DNA of 64,000 nucleotides from Clostridia bacterium (GCA_045661145.1 JAZRFC010000075.1:20763-84762); one strand, 5' to 3'; counted from the stretch's first letter, positions 29,676 to 39,660 are shown. Program-made: numbers and translations. The notes: generated from the letters alone by a model not told the origin.

Positions 29676-30737
29676 TCATTCCATTCCTTCCTTTACAATG
29701 GCTAAAAATTCATCCATGCTGATATTTATAACTTCGCACTCGCCCACGCTTGTGGGTACTACAAGGGAAACTCTTGTGTCGTCTGCTTTTTTGTCGCTCT
29801 CGGCTCTTTTTAAAAGCACATCGGGAGAGTAGGGACATTTTACATCAAGGGCAAAAAGGTCAAGCATTTGTTTCAGTATATCACAAGTACCTTGTTTGCA
29901 CAAGCCACGCTTTTCCCATGCCTTTGTCACGATGTACATTCCCATTGCAACACATCTGCCGTGAGAAAGAGTGTAGTTTGCTTCCGTTTCGATTGCGTGT
30001 CCTGCCGTATGTCCGAAATTAAGGATTTTTCGGATTCCGCTTTCAAATTCGTCTTCTTCTACCACATCTCTTTTTATTTCAATACATCGGATAATAATTT
30101 CTTCAAGATTTTTTCTGTAATCCGCCATAAGGAGTCCGTCTATTTTCCTGCCACGTATAACGGCATACTTTATGACCTCTGCCATACCGTCGTCAAAATA
30201 TTCTTCGGGGAGAGTAGAAAGTACATCGGGGTCAAAAATTACCGCCTCGGGCTGATAAAATGCCCCTGCAAGATTTTTCCCTTGCTCAAGGTCGATTCCC
30301 GTCTTTCCGCCCACGGAAGAATCCACCGCTGCAAGAAGTGATGTGGGAATCTGCACAAATTTTACACCTCTCATATAGGTTGCCGCAGAAAAGCCCGTAA
30401 GGTCCCCCGTCACACCGCCGCCAAGGGCAAAAAGAGTGTCCTTTCTGGAAAAATGATTTTCAGCAAGGAAGTTCAGGATTTCAAGATATGTCTTTGCATT
30501 TTTAGATGATTCTCCAGCTGGAAAAACAAATTCAAAAACGCTCATCCCTATTTTTTCAAGGGGTGCCTTTACCCTTTCCATATACAGAGGAGCAACATTG
30601 GAGTCGGAAACTATCAGAGCTTTTCCGCCCATGCCAAGCTCCGCTGCATATTCTCCCACACGGTCTATTGAACCCTTTTTCACTATGACATCATATTTTT
30701 TTGAAGCATTAACCAAAATCTTTTTCATATTAACCAA
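29676..30737 (-). CDS. aroB: 3-dehydroquinate synthase
   Basis: 353 aa with the glycine-rich NAD motif GGGVTGDLTGFSAATYMRG. Confidence 0.92.
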   Translation of the reverse strand: MVNMKKILVNASKKYDVIVKKGSIDRVGEYAAELGMGGKALIVSDSNVAPLYMERVKAPLEKIGMSVFEFVFPAGESSKNAKTYLEILNFLAENHFSRKDTLFALGGGVTGDLTGFSAATYMRGVKFVQIPTSLLAAVDSSVGGKTGIDLEQGKNLAGAFYQPEAVIFDPDVLSTLPEEYFDDGMAEVIKYAVIRGRKIDGLLMADYRKNLEEIIIRCIEIKRDVVEEDEFESGIRKILNFGHTAGHAIETEANYTLSHGRCVAMGMYIVTKAWEKRGLCKQGTCDILKQMLDLFALDVKCPYSPDVLLKRAESDKKADDTRVSLVVPTSVGECEVINISMDEFLAIVKEGME

Positions 30738-31560
30738 TACTTTCCTTTATTTTTGTTCCCTCTTCCAAAAGTGCATGAAGTCTCGTCTTATCCCCCGTTT
30801 TGATAGCATCACTGTATTTCTGGAGCTCTGTTATAATATTGTCTATTTCAAAGCAAAGATTATCACCGTTTTCCATAAACAGTTCTGTCCACATATCGGG
30901 ATTAAGCTTTGCAACACGGGTTAAGTCACGGTAGCTTCCTGCCGAAAAGCCCTTGTGCACACGGGAGTTGGGGCTTTTTACATAAGCATTTGACACCACG
31001 TGGGCAAGCTGGGAGGTATATGCAATAATTTTATCGTGCTCCTCCGCGGAGCTTACCGTTACACTCTTAAAGCCTGCTTTCTGGAGAAGCTTCTTGGTTT
31101 TTTCAAGAATTTCTATGGTTTCATCTTTGTCGGGGACGAGAATCATTGATGCATTCTGAAACATTGATGCACGGGAATATTTAAATCCCGAAAACTGTGT
31201 TCCCGCCATAGGATGTCCCCCCATAAAACGGTAACCGTATTTTTTTGCAAGTGAAAAACCTTTTTTGCAGATTTCTCTCTTTGTGCCGCCACAATCAATC
31301 ACTGTGGTGCCTTCGGAAATAAAGTGGGAATATTCCTCCATAAATTCTATGGTTGCTTCGGGGTAAAGTGCTATAAAAACATATTCACAGCTTCCTATAT
31401 TTTCTTTCGTCAATTCATCTGTCAAAGCGTTTTCAAGTCTTGCCCGTGCAATTGTAACTTCGTCACGGTCACAGCCGAAAACTTCTATGTCCCCTGCTTC
31501 CATAAAGGCTTTCGCCATAGAACCCCCGATAAGCCCAAGACCTGCCACTGCAATTTTCAT
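30730..31560 (-). CDS. tyrA: Prephenate dehydrogenase
   Basis: MKIAVAGLGLIGGSMAKAF Rossmann N-terminus and 276 aa. Confidence 0.88.
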   Translation of the reverse strand: MKIAVAGLGLIGGSMAKAFMEAGDIEVFGCDRDEVTIARARLENALTDELTKENIGSCEYVFIALYPEATIEFMEEYSHFISEGTTVIDCGGTKREICKKGFSLAKKYGYRFMGGHPMAGTQFSGFKYSRASMFQNASMILVPDKDETIEILEKTKKLLQKAGFKSVTVSSAEEHDKIIAYTSQLAHVVSNAYVKSPNSRVHKGFSAGSYRDLTRVAKLNPDMWTELFMENGDNLCFEIDNIITELQKYSDAIKTGDKTRLHALLEEGTKIKESIG

Positions 31561-31561
31561 A

Positions 31562-32563
31562 TTACTTCATTGCCTCCATTACTTTTCTTACCGTATCTGA
31601 AACATCCTTAAACTGTGCAGGGGTAAGGGACTGTGCACCGTCGCAGAGTGCTTTCTGCGGGTTATTATGAACTTCTATCATAAGACCGTCGGCACCTGCA
31701 GCAACCGCTGAAAGAGCAAGGGGTTTAACAATTCTTGCAATACCGCAGGCGTGGCTGGGGTCAGCAATTACGGGAAGATGACTGAGCTCGTGAAGCATGG
31801 GGATTGCCGAAACGTCAAATGTATTTCTTGTTGCTGTTTCGTAGGTTCTTATGCCACGTTCACAAAGGATGATATTCTCATTACCCTCGCTCATAATGTA
31901 TTCGGCACTCATAAGAAGCTCCTTGAGAGTATTTGCAAGGCCTCTCTTTATAAGAATGGGCTTTTTCGCTTTTCCGAGTTCCTTTAAAAGTTCGAAGTTC
32001 TGCATATTTCTTGCGCCCACCTGAATAACATCAACATCCTCAAAGAGATGCAGGTGGTCGGCACTCATAATCTCCGTCACGATGGGAAGTCCCGTTTCCT
32101 TCTTAGCCTCTACAAGAAGCTTGAGTCCGTCCTCACGCATACCCTGGAAGTCGTAGGGTGAAGTTCTCGGTTTAAATGCACCGCCACGGAGGAAGTCTGC
32201 ACCTGCCGCCTTAACCGCTTGTGCCACCTCTATAATCTGCTCCTCGCTTTCAATAGAACAAGGTCCTGCAATAATTCCGAAGTGACCGTCGCCGATTTTT
32301 ACTCCTCCACAATCAATTACAGTGTTTTCGGTGCGGAATTTACGGTTGGCATTTTTGAAAGGTTCTGTTACACGGGTAACCTGTGTCACTATGTCAAGCC
32401 CCTCCAAAAGCTCTGTATCAATACGGCTAGTGTCACCGATAAGTCCCAATACCGTCTGATATTCGCCGGAGGAAATGTGAACACGCACATTCTGGCTTTC
32501 AATCCAGCTTATTAAATTGTCGAACTGTTCTTTCTTTGCATCACTTTGTACTACTACGATCAT
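31562..32563 (-). CDS. 3-deoxy-7-phosphoheptulonate (DAHP) synthase, type I-beta with N-terminal regulatory domain
   Basis: 333 aa. The KDO8PS-like core ([14 protein letters not shown]...[12 protein letters not shown]) is preceded by a ~90-aa ferredoxin/ACT-like domain, as in the Thermotoga/Bacillus type. Confidence 0.88.
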   Translation of the reverse strand: MIVVVQSDAKKEQFDNLISWIESQNVRVHISSGEYQTVLGLIGDTSRIDTELLEGLDIVTQVTRVTEPFKNANRKFRTENTVIDCGGVKIGDGHFGIIAGPCSIESEEQIIEVAQAVKAAGADFLRGGAFKPRTSPYDFQGMREDGLKLLVEAKKETGLPIVTEIMSADHLHLFEDVDVIQVGARNMQNFELLKELGKAKKPILIKRGLANTLKELLMSAEYIMSEGNENIILCERGIRTYETATRNTFDVSAIPMLHELSHLPVIADPSHACGIARIVKPLALSAVAAGADGLMIEVHNNPQKALCDGAQSLTPAQFKDVSDTVRKVMEAMK

Positions 32564-32588
32564 TTTAATTTTCCTCCCTATAAAAAAT

Positions 32589-32618
32589 AAACTCTGCAGT
32601 GATTGTCACTGCAGAGTT
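32589..32618 (-). terminator. Attenuator terminator between the leader peptide and the DAHP synthase gene
   Basis: On the minus strand, AACTCTGCAGTGA-CAA-TCACTGCAGAGTT (13-bp perfect stem) is followed by TTTATTTTTTA, 25 nt upstream of the RBS AGGGAGG. Confidence 0.8.
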
Positions 32619-32636
32619 ATTAAAAACATTCTCTTA

Positions 32637-32720
32637 TTATTCGCAGCACAAATCACTTTTACTTTGAGACATAATAAAGTAAAAGTAAAAATATGCAGCT
32701 GCGAATACAAATAAGCTCAT
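32637..32720 (-). CDS. Leader peptide of the aro supra-operon, 27 aa: MSLFVFAAAYFYFYFIMSQSKSDLCCE
   Basis: Own translation. The RBS AAGGAG lies 7 nt upstream of the ATG. A run of Phe/Tyr codons occupies codons 10-15, and the peptide sits between the promoter and the terminator. Confidence 0.7.
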   Translation of the reverse strand: MSLFVFAAAYFYFYFIMSQSKSDLCCE

Positions 32721-32748
32721 GTCTTTTCTCCTTTAAAGATTTCTTGTT

Positions 32749-32781
32749 ATTATATTAGCACTCTAAAGTGCTAAATGTCAA
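32749..32781 (-). promoter_or_regulatory. Promoter of the aro supra-operon with an internal palindrome
   Basis: On the minus strand, TTGACA then an ~18-nt spacer containing the palindrome TAGCACTTTAGAGTGCTA, then TAATAT/TATAAT. Confidence 0.6.
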
Positions 32782-32798
32782 TAACTTTTTTAAAAATT

Positions 32799-34304
32799 TT
32801 ATTCTTCTGTATTTTCACTACGGTTACTGAGAGTTACCTCTACCTGAGCTTCCGAATAACCGTCGGCACCGGGTACCATTACTGTAACGGGAACTTTTTC
32901 TCCCTCTTTATAATACTTCAGTCTGTCCTGAAGCTGTGCCAGAGCAGAAACAGTATATCCGTCAAACTTTGTTATAATATATCCCTTTTTGATTCCTGCT
33001 TTCTGTGCACCGAGTCCTTCTATAACCTCGGTCACAAACACACCTACGGGCATACCGAAAGCTTCGCTGCTGGAAGAATCCACGTCTGTGCCTGTTATTC
33101 CGAGGAATCCCTGCTTATCCTCGTCGACCATTTCTCTTGTGCGACGAAGCATAAGCTCGTCAATGATGTCCTCTACATCAGAAATGGGAATAGCATAGCC
33201 CATACCCTCTACGCCTGTGGTGGCAATTTTTACAGAGTTTATACCGACAAGATTACCTGCCATATCCAAAAGCGCACCGCCGCTGTTACCTGAGTTAATT
33301 GCCGCATCTGTCTGGATAAAGGAGTTTGTTACAACTGATTTTCCGTCAGAGCTTTTCATAGTTATACTTCTGTTAACGGCACTGATGATACCTGTTGTTA
33401 CCGACTGACCGTAGCCAAGAGCATTACCGATGGCAACAACCCTATCCCCCGGTTTGAGGGTTGAAGAATCGCCGATTTTTGCAACCTTGATTTCTGACAA
33501 AACATCCTTGGGTACATCTGCAATTTTCACAGAAATTACTGCCAGGTCTTTACCGACATCATACCCCTTTACCACAGCATGGGGAATATCCTCATCCGTA
33601 ATTTTTCCGTTCTGCCCGTTTTCTTCAAGACGCTTCTCAACAGGACTGAATACAACACTTAACTCCTTTGTATTTGCCACAACATGGTAATTTGTAACAA
33701 TGAGAAGCTCCGTTTCGTTCTGTCCGATAATGATGCCGCTGCCGCTGGAGGTACTCTCCTGCTGATATGTGCCGAAAAATGTAATTACATCCGATACGCT
33801 ACGGTTGGTAATTGCAACTACAGATGGCATACAAGCCTGAGCAATAGATGATATATCTCCCTGCACGTGAGATTCATTCTCCCCCTTATGGAGAATCACC
33901 TGCGTAGGCTCTAACCGATAGGAGCCGCCCGTAAGTCTTGTCACAAACCTATTTGCAATGCTGAAAGTCGTGCCAAACAAAATCCCTGCAACAACAGAAA
34001 GAGCAACCACACGGGGCCAGATACGCTTTTCTTTCTTTATCGTATGTGTCACATTAAATTCGGGAATTCTCTCGCCAAGACTCGGCTCACCTGAATCTTC
34101 TGGAAAATCTTCCTCTGTTTTTTCGAAGGCAGAATCCTCAACCTCGCTGAAAGATTCTTCAAGTGTTTCTTCCTCTATGGTGATTGTTTCTGTTTCGCTT
34201 TCTTCCACATCAAATTTATTTTCAAATTCGTTATTCATAAGCTGCCTCCTTGTATCTTTGAGCTTTTGCTCGTTTATTATATCATAAAAGATAAAAGTGT
34301 ACAA
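32799..34304 (-). CDS. htrA: HtrA/DegP-family serine protease with PDZ domain (membrane-anchored, acidic N-terminal region)
   Basis: GNSGGALLDMAGNLVGINS catalytic Ser motif, an HVV...D triad and a C-terminal PDZ domain, at 501 aa. Confidence 0.88.
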   Translation of the reverse strand: MYTFIFYDIINEQKLKDTRRQLMNNEFENKFDVEESETETITIEEETLEESFSEVEDSAFEKTEEDFPEDSGEPSLGERIPEFNVTHTIKKEKRIWPRVVALSVVAGILFGTTFSIANRFVTRLTGGSYRLEPTQVILHKGENESHVQGDISSIAQACMPSVVAITNRSVSDVITFFGTYQQESTSSGSGIIIGQNETELLIVTNYHVVANTKELSVVFSPVEKRLEENGQNGKITDEDIPHAVVKGYDVGKDLAVISVKIADVPKDVLSEIKVAKIGDSSTLKPGDRVVAIGNALGYGQSVTTGIISAVNRSITMKSSDGKSVVTNSFIQTDAAINSGNSGGALLDMAGNLVGINSVKIATTGVEGMGYAIPISDVEDIIDELMLRRTREMVDEDKQGFLGITGTDVDSSSSEAFGMPVGVFVTEVIEGLGAQKAGIKKGYIITKFDGYTVSALAQLQDRLKYYKEGEKVPVTVMVPGADGYSEAQVEVTLSNRSENTEE

Positions 34305-34393
34305 ACTATATTTAAAATGTTAAAAAATTTTTAATAATCTTCCGTTGATTACTAAAGACCGTGACAAGGAAATTTATCACGGTCTTTACTGAT

Positions 34394-35749
34394 TTAAAAT
34401 ATTCCGATATACGCATCAAGCACAGAAGAAACCAAGATTGCAATAATACAAACGGGTGCAAGGTACTTAATGACAAATGTGAAGAGTGCTTTTTTTCCAA
34501 ACTTTCCGCTAAGCTCTACTTCCTCGATGATAGCCTGAGGCTTAATTACATATCCGATAAATATGCAGGTAAAGAATGCTACAATGGGCATCATTACACT
34601 GTTGGTAATGAAGTCAAAGAAATCAAGCATCTGCATTCCGATAATGGTAGCTGTATCCCAGATGCTGTAACCGAAGCAGGAAAGAAGTCCCATAACAATT
34701 GAGAATACAAATACCACTGCAAGAGCAATTTTTCTGCTCCATTTGAGCTTGTCGCAAACAATAGACACAACGGTCTCCATCAGCGAAATGGAAGATGTAA
34801 GTGCCGCAAAAAGCACAAGCAAGAAGAAAAGCGTACCTATAATCTGTCCGCCTGCCATACTCTCAAACACCTTGGGAAGTGTTGCAAACATCAGGCTGGG
34901 GCCTTTGCCGAGAGCCTCGGGAGAACCGTTTGAAAAGGCATATGTAGCAGGGATAATCATAAGACCTGCAATAAAAGCGATACCTGTATCAAAAATTTCA
35001 ATCTGTGACACGGAGCTTTCAAGATTAACTTCCTTTTTCATATAAGAGCCGTATGTTACCATAATACCCATTGCAAGGGACATTGAGTAGAAAAGCTGTC
35101 CCATTGCTGCAAGAACGGTCGTTCCTGAAAACTTGCTGAAATCGGGAGTTATGTAATATTTCACACCATCAATTGCTCCGGGGATTGTCATTGCATAGCC
35201 TGCAATAACTATTGAAAGGATAACCAGAACGGGCATCATAATTTTGCTGACCTTTTCAACACCCTTTTCAACACCAAAAAGAACAACGAGGGCGGTGAGA
35301 CCGATATATATAAAGAACCAGCCAACAGGCTCTGCCGCGGAGGTTATGAATCCGCCAAAATAACTGTCCTGTGCCGCCATAACACCGCCACCTGTACAGA
35401 ACGCATAAAGGTACTTTGTTACCCATCCGCCTATTACAGAGTAATAAGGAAGGATTATAGCCGGTACAAAAGCCGCAAGATAGCCAAGAAAAGCAAATTT
35501 CTTGTTAAGCTTTGTAAATGCACCTACGACGCTGAGTCCTGTCTTTCTTCCGAGGGCAATTTCTGCAGTCATAAGGGCAAATCCAAGTGTTACCGCAAGA
35601 ATAAGATATGTAAGGAGAAATATTCCGCCGCCATATTTTGCCGCAAGATATGGAAATCTCCAAATGTTACCAAGTCCTACCGCGCTTCCTGCCGCCGCAA
35701 GAACAAAACCTATTTTTCCGGTAAAACTGCTTCTTTTTTCGTTTGACAT
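34394..35749 (-). CDS. Sodium-dependent transporter, neurotransmitter:sodium symporter (NSS/SNF) family
   Basis: GLGNIWRFPYLAAKYGGGIFL signature and ~12 TM segments. Confidence 0.88.
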   Translation of the reverse strand: MSNEKRSSFTGKIGFVLAAAGSAVGLGNIWRFPYLAAKYGGGIFLLTYLILAVTLGFALMTAEIALGRKTGLSVVGAFTKLNKKFAFLGYLAAFVPAIILPYYSVIGGWVTKYLYAFCTGGGVMAAQDSYFGGFITSAAEPVGWFFIYIGLTALVVLFGVEKGVEKVSKIMMPVLVILSIVIAGYAMTIPGAIDGVKYYITPDFSKFSGTTVLAAMGQLFYSMSLAMGIMVTYGSYMKKEVNLESSVSQIEIFDTGIAFIAGLMIIPATYAFSNGSPEALGKGPSLMFATLPKVFESMAGGQIIGTLFFLLVLFAALTSSISLMETVVSIVCDKLKWSRKIALAVVFVFSIVMGLLSCFGYSIWDTATIIGMQMLDFFDFITNSVMMPIVAFFTCIFIGYVIKPQAIIEEVELSGKFGKKALFTFVIKYLAPVCIIAILVSSVLDAYIGIF

Positions 35750-35868
35750 AGAGTAGCCTCCTCCTGTTACAAAAAAGCAGAATCACCACTAAGGTGATTC
35801 TGTTACTTTGTATTATGAGTATATTTTACCATATATTTAAAATATGTCAAGTCTAGGCATAAAATAAT

Positions 35869-37404
35869 CTAACCAAAATATTTTCTGTCAAGGCTTCTGT
35901 AACCGATTGCCTCGGCAATATCCATTTCGTTAATCTTTTCTCTGCCGTCACAATCTGCAATGGTACGGGCAACCTTTAAAATACGGGTATATGCTCTTGC
36001 CGTAAGCCCCAGAGAGTCAAATGCATTTTTAAGCATCTTGCTTTCATTTTCTCCGATTGCACAATATTTTTCTATAAGAGAGCCTGAAAGCTGTGAATTG
36101 GTTGTAATTGATTCGTTTTTATAACGCTCTTTCTGTATTTCACGGGCGGCGTTCACCCTCTTTTTAATATCCTGAGAGCTTTCGCCCTTCATTGCCTTAA
36201 GGTCTGAATACTTTACGGGTGCCGCTTCAAGCTGAATATCAATTCTGTCAAGCATAGGACCGCTTAGTTTACCGAGATACTTTCGTATTTCCGTTTCCGT
36301 ACATCGGCAACGGTCACTGCCGTCTCCATAATAACCGCATTTGCAAGGGTTAAGTGCCACAACAAGCATTGTGTTGCAGGGATATGTATAGGATGCTGAC
36401 GCACGGGTGACGGTGATTTTCTTGTCTTCAAGAGGCTGACGCATCGATTCTATTACATCTTTTCTGTATTCGGGAAATTCGTCGAGGAAAAGCACCCCGT
36501 TATGAGCAAGGGAAATCTCCCCCGGTCTTGCTTTTGCACCGCCGCCAACTATACTTACCGCACTTGCACTGTGGTGAGGGGTACGGAAAGGACGTGTGGC
36601 GATAAGCTTCGTATTGGAATCAAGCTCCCCTGCAATTGAGTATATTTTTGTAACCTCAATAGCTTCCTCCAAGGTCATATCAGGAAGAATTGTGGGAATT
36701 CTCTGGGAAAGCATTGACTTTCCGCTTCCCGGGGTCCCGATGAGCAGAAGATTATGCCCGCCACTGACACACAGTTCAATCCCGCGACGGAGAGCTATTT
36801 GTCCGCGCACATCAGAAAAATCTATATTGTATTGCGCCGATGAAGAAAATACCGATGCAACATCACACACGGTAGGCTCAATCAGTTCTTCTCCCGTGAG
36901 GTGGCAAAATACATCTGAAAGGCATTTTGCACCGTAAATTTCCACGCCCTCTGTAAGTGCGGCTTCATCAACATTATCAAGCGGCACTATAATCTTTCTG
37001 ATTCCCCACTCTTTCGCAGAGGTAACAAGAGAAAGAACACCGTTCACCGGACGAAGCTCACCCGAAAGGCCAAGCTCACCTATAAACATATATGGGGAAA
37101 GGTCTGCCTTAAGCTGACCTGTTCCTGCCATAATGGAAATTGCAATGGGGAGGTCAAATTGAGTTCCCTCTTTTTTAAGGTCGGCAGGAGCAAGATTTAT
37201 AACTGCACGCTTTGCAGGAAATTGAAAGCCGCTGTTTTTAAGTGCGGCACGAACTCTCTCCTTCGCCTCCCGCACGGTGGCATCGGGAAGTCCTACCACA
37301 TCAAAAGCAGGAAGTCCGTTGGAAAAGTCCGCTTCTACTATTACGCTTTTACCCTCAAGACCCGAGAGTGCACCTGTGTTCACCTTAACTATCATAAAAA
37401 ACAT
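35869..37404 (-). CDS. comM: YifB/ComM-family Mg-chelatase-like AAA+ ATPase
   Basis: 511 aa with a Lon-like N-terminus, Walker A LLIGTPGSGKSM and an Mg-chelatase ChlI-like C-terminus. Confidence 0.88.
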   Translation of the reverse strand: MFFMIVKVNTGALSGLEGKSVIVEADFSNGLPAFDVVGLPDATVREAKERVRAALKNSGFQFPAKRAVINLAPADLKKEGTQFDLPIAISIMAGTGQLKADLSPYMFIGELGLSGELRPVNGVLSLVTSAKEWGIRKIIVPLDNVDEAALTEGVEIYGAKCLSDVFCHLTGEELIEPTVCDVASVFSSSAQYNIDFSDVRGQIALRRGIELCVSGGHNLLLIGTPGSGKSMLSQRIPTILPDMTLEEAIEVTKIYSIAGELDSNTKLIATRPFRTPHHSASAVSIVGGGAKARPGEISLAHNGVLFLDEFPEYRKDVIESMRQPLEDKKITVTRASASYTYPCNTMLVVALNPCKCGYYGDGSDRCRCTETEIRKYLGKLSGPMLDRIDIQLEAAPVKYSDLKAMKGESSQDIKKRVNAAREIQKERYKNESITTNSQLSGSLIEKYCAIGENESKMLKNAFDSLGLTARAYTRILKVARTIADCDGREKINEMDIAEAIGYRSLDRKYFG

Positions 37405-37542
37405 TCCTTATATAGAGATATACACAGTATATCACCACAAAAACCCAAAGTCAAATACTGCAAAAATTTTCTTGACTTAATTTTATTTAGATAGTATAAT
37501 ATTTAGGTATCTTGATTGAAATTAATTTCAGTCGCTTTGTTT

Positions 37543-37567
37543 CGGGGTGTAGCGCAGTTTGGTAGTC
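37543..37567 (+). pseudogene. Truncated 5' fragment (~25 nt) of a tRNA-Pro-like gene
   Basis: CGGGGTGTAGCGCAGTTTGGTAG is identical to the 5' end of the intact tRNA-Pro at 37938, then the sequence diverges. Confidence 0.6.
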
Positions 37568-37745
37568 CTCCTTGGACATTCAGTATACTCTTGCTGAATT
37601 TTGCGTTTGCTTTTTTATCTATATAAGAAATCCGCCGATTTTTGACCTATCGTTCAAAAATCGGAGCAGTCATTGAAATGTCTTACCGTATTTGACCGAC
37701 TACAGGGTATCTTTTTTATCCAATCTTAAAACTTAATACAAATTT

Positions 37746-37784
37746 CGGGGTGTAGCGCAGTTTGGTAGCGTGCTTCGTTCGGGA
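37746..37784 (+). pseudogene. Truncated 5' half (~39 nt) of a tRNA-Pro-like gene
   Basis: CGGGGTGTAGCGCAGTTTGGTAGCGTGCTTCGTTCGGGA matches the tRNA-Pro through the anticodon-loop region, then diverges. Confidence 0.6.
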
Positions 37785-37937
37785 CACTGCGATATTGGGT
37801 TCATTCGCAAAACGCCGAACCCCGACAAATCTTTTAACACCGCCACTTATGGCGACCAAGAAAACAAAATACATGTGGTCAAACAAGTTTTGACCACATG
37901 TTATCCCACAGACACGAAAAAATATGAAAATTTAATA

Positions 37938-38014
37938 ACGGGGTGTAGCGCAGTTTGGTAGCGTGCTTGCTTCGGGAGCAAGAGGCCGCGGGTTCAAGTC
38001 CCGCCACTCCGACC
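37938..38014 (+). tRNA. tRNA-Pro (anticodon CGG)
   Basis: CGGGGTGTAGCGCAGTTTGGTAGCGTGCTTGCTTCGGGAGCAAGAGGCCGCGGGTTCAAGTCCCGCCACTCCGACCA, with anticodon loop TTCGGGA and a 3' CCA. Confidence 0.9.
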
Positions 38015-38211
38015 ATCAAAATCTCAGTAACAAAGCGGTTTCTGAGGTTTTTGTTTTGTTTGGAAGCTCTAAATTTTGGCCACATAAAAAAGCGGTTCAA
38101 AGGAAAAGATGACTTTTTGTCTTTTGAAATCTAATAATTTTTACATTACGCATTATGCAATTAGAAATTTGCAACTATCTTGAAAATTTACTGTAATTAT
38201 TTCAAGTAGAA

Positions 38212-39660
38212 TTGGAGGTGCAAACTTTGACATCAGATGTATTTTTTGACGGGAACTTAACTAATTACGAAAAAACAATATATAGCATGGCAATTTCTTT
38301 TAGTCACTGTCACACTTATGTAATAAATGACGATGACATTTCAGAAATTGCTGCACTTCTTTGTGTAGACTACAAACTACTTTATAAAGCAATAAATTAT
38401 TGCACAAATGGAGTGATGCCCGCAGAAATAATAAAAATTGGAGAAAAATACTGCAATCAAAAACAAATAAAAAATGCTGACTTATTTAGTGCAATAGTTA
38501 GATTGTATTTTATATACAAGAACATTGACAAAATCTCAGATGATACCTCATACGATGCAATACTAAATAATTATAATATATTTCAAAGTTGCATTGGGGA
38601 ATTTGACTGTATAAATGCAACAATTGCAACCTTTGAATGTATGGCACATAATTTTTTCACTTTAGAATTCAATGTGTTTAATAGTAGTGATTATCAACCC
38701 AAAAGTCAACTAAATTTGTTAATGTCTTTTCTATCGTATGACCAACAAGATGTTTTTGATAGAAGATATCTCCCCTTTTTATATCGTACTATCAGTTACG
38801 AATTCATTACAAGAGTGAACTCTTTATATTTAATTACTATTGTACAAATTATTAAACATTCTATTTTTATGGATGATAAAATCAAAGCTATTTCAAATGA
38901 AATGTATAGCTACCTTTTGGAAATTATCCAAAACGCAAGAATAATTTCTGTGCAGTCGAATATTTTGTCACCACATAATCAGATTAACCCGAAAGTTCGT
39001 GGGAAGCATGAAAATACAACTAGATTACAAATTCTATATAGCTATGAAAATTTCGACTCGTATTATCTCAGGCTTGATTTAGCACACAAGGGGGAAGGTT
39101 TTATTCATTACAACAATAAATCTCCTGGTGGCATCAAATGTTGTTTATTTACTAAAGCAGAATATCAATCTGTTATTGATAGATTCCCGTTATCAAAGAA
39201 TTTTTTTATAGAATATAGTAATCGATATGCTTTAAAAGAGCTGAGTAATTTAAATTTGACCAAAGAAGAACTTGTTCTGTATGAAAAAATTCGCACAAAA
39301 AAAGAACACCTTCAGGCATTTGAAGATGTATACAACGAGAATAGTGTCATTGATTTTATAAATACAATATCATTAATGCTACCACCTTCTTGTAGAGTCC
39401 CTATCGATGTAGAAGAAAGGCATGCAACATATTGTTTTAATTATGATAAAATAATGTTTTATTCTGTCCTTTTGCAAATAGCCTTCTTTTCTCAAAATCA
39501 AGCAAAATTTGAGAAATTACTATCATTTATTGCATCTCTTGCATGTAAATATGGATTAATTACAGAAGATATGAAATCTGATTTTTCTTGCATTGAAGGA
39601 GTTTGTTTGATTATAGATGAAGCTAAAAACAGAACTATTTCTTACAACAATCAACAATAG
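38212..39660 (+). CDS. Hypothetical protein, 482 aa, no recognisable domain
   Basis: Long, very AT-rich ORF with a TTG start at 38212 and an alternative TTG at 38227 behind a GGAGGTG RBS. No motif was recognised. Confidence 0.6.
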   Translation: MEVQTLTSDVFFDGNLTNYEKTIYSMAISFSHCHTYVINDDDISEIAALLCVDYKLLYKAINYCTNGVMPAEIIKIGEKYCNQKQIKNADLFSAIVRLYFIYKNIDKISDDTSYDAILNNYNIFQSCIGEFDCINATIATFECMAHNFFTLEFNVFNSSDYQPKSQLNLLMSFLSYDQQDVFDRRYLPFLYRTISYEFITRVNSLYLITIVQIIKHSIFMDDKIKAISNEMYSYLLEIIQNARIISVQSNILSPHNQINPKVRGKHENTTRLQILYSYENFDSYYLRLDLAHKGEGFIHYNNKSPGGIKCCLFTKAEYQSVIDRFPLSKNFFIEYSNRYALKELSNLNLTKEELVLYEKIRTKKEHLQAFEDVYNENSVIDFINTISLMLPPSCRVPIDVEERHATYCFNYDKIMFYSVLLQIAFFSQNQAKFEKLLSFIASLACKYGLITEDMKSDFSCIEGVCLIIDEAKNRTISYNNQQ

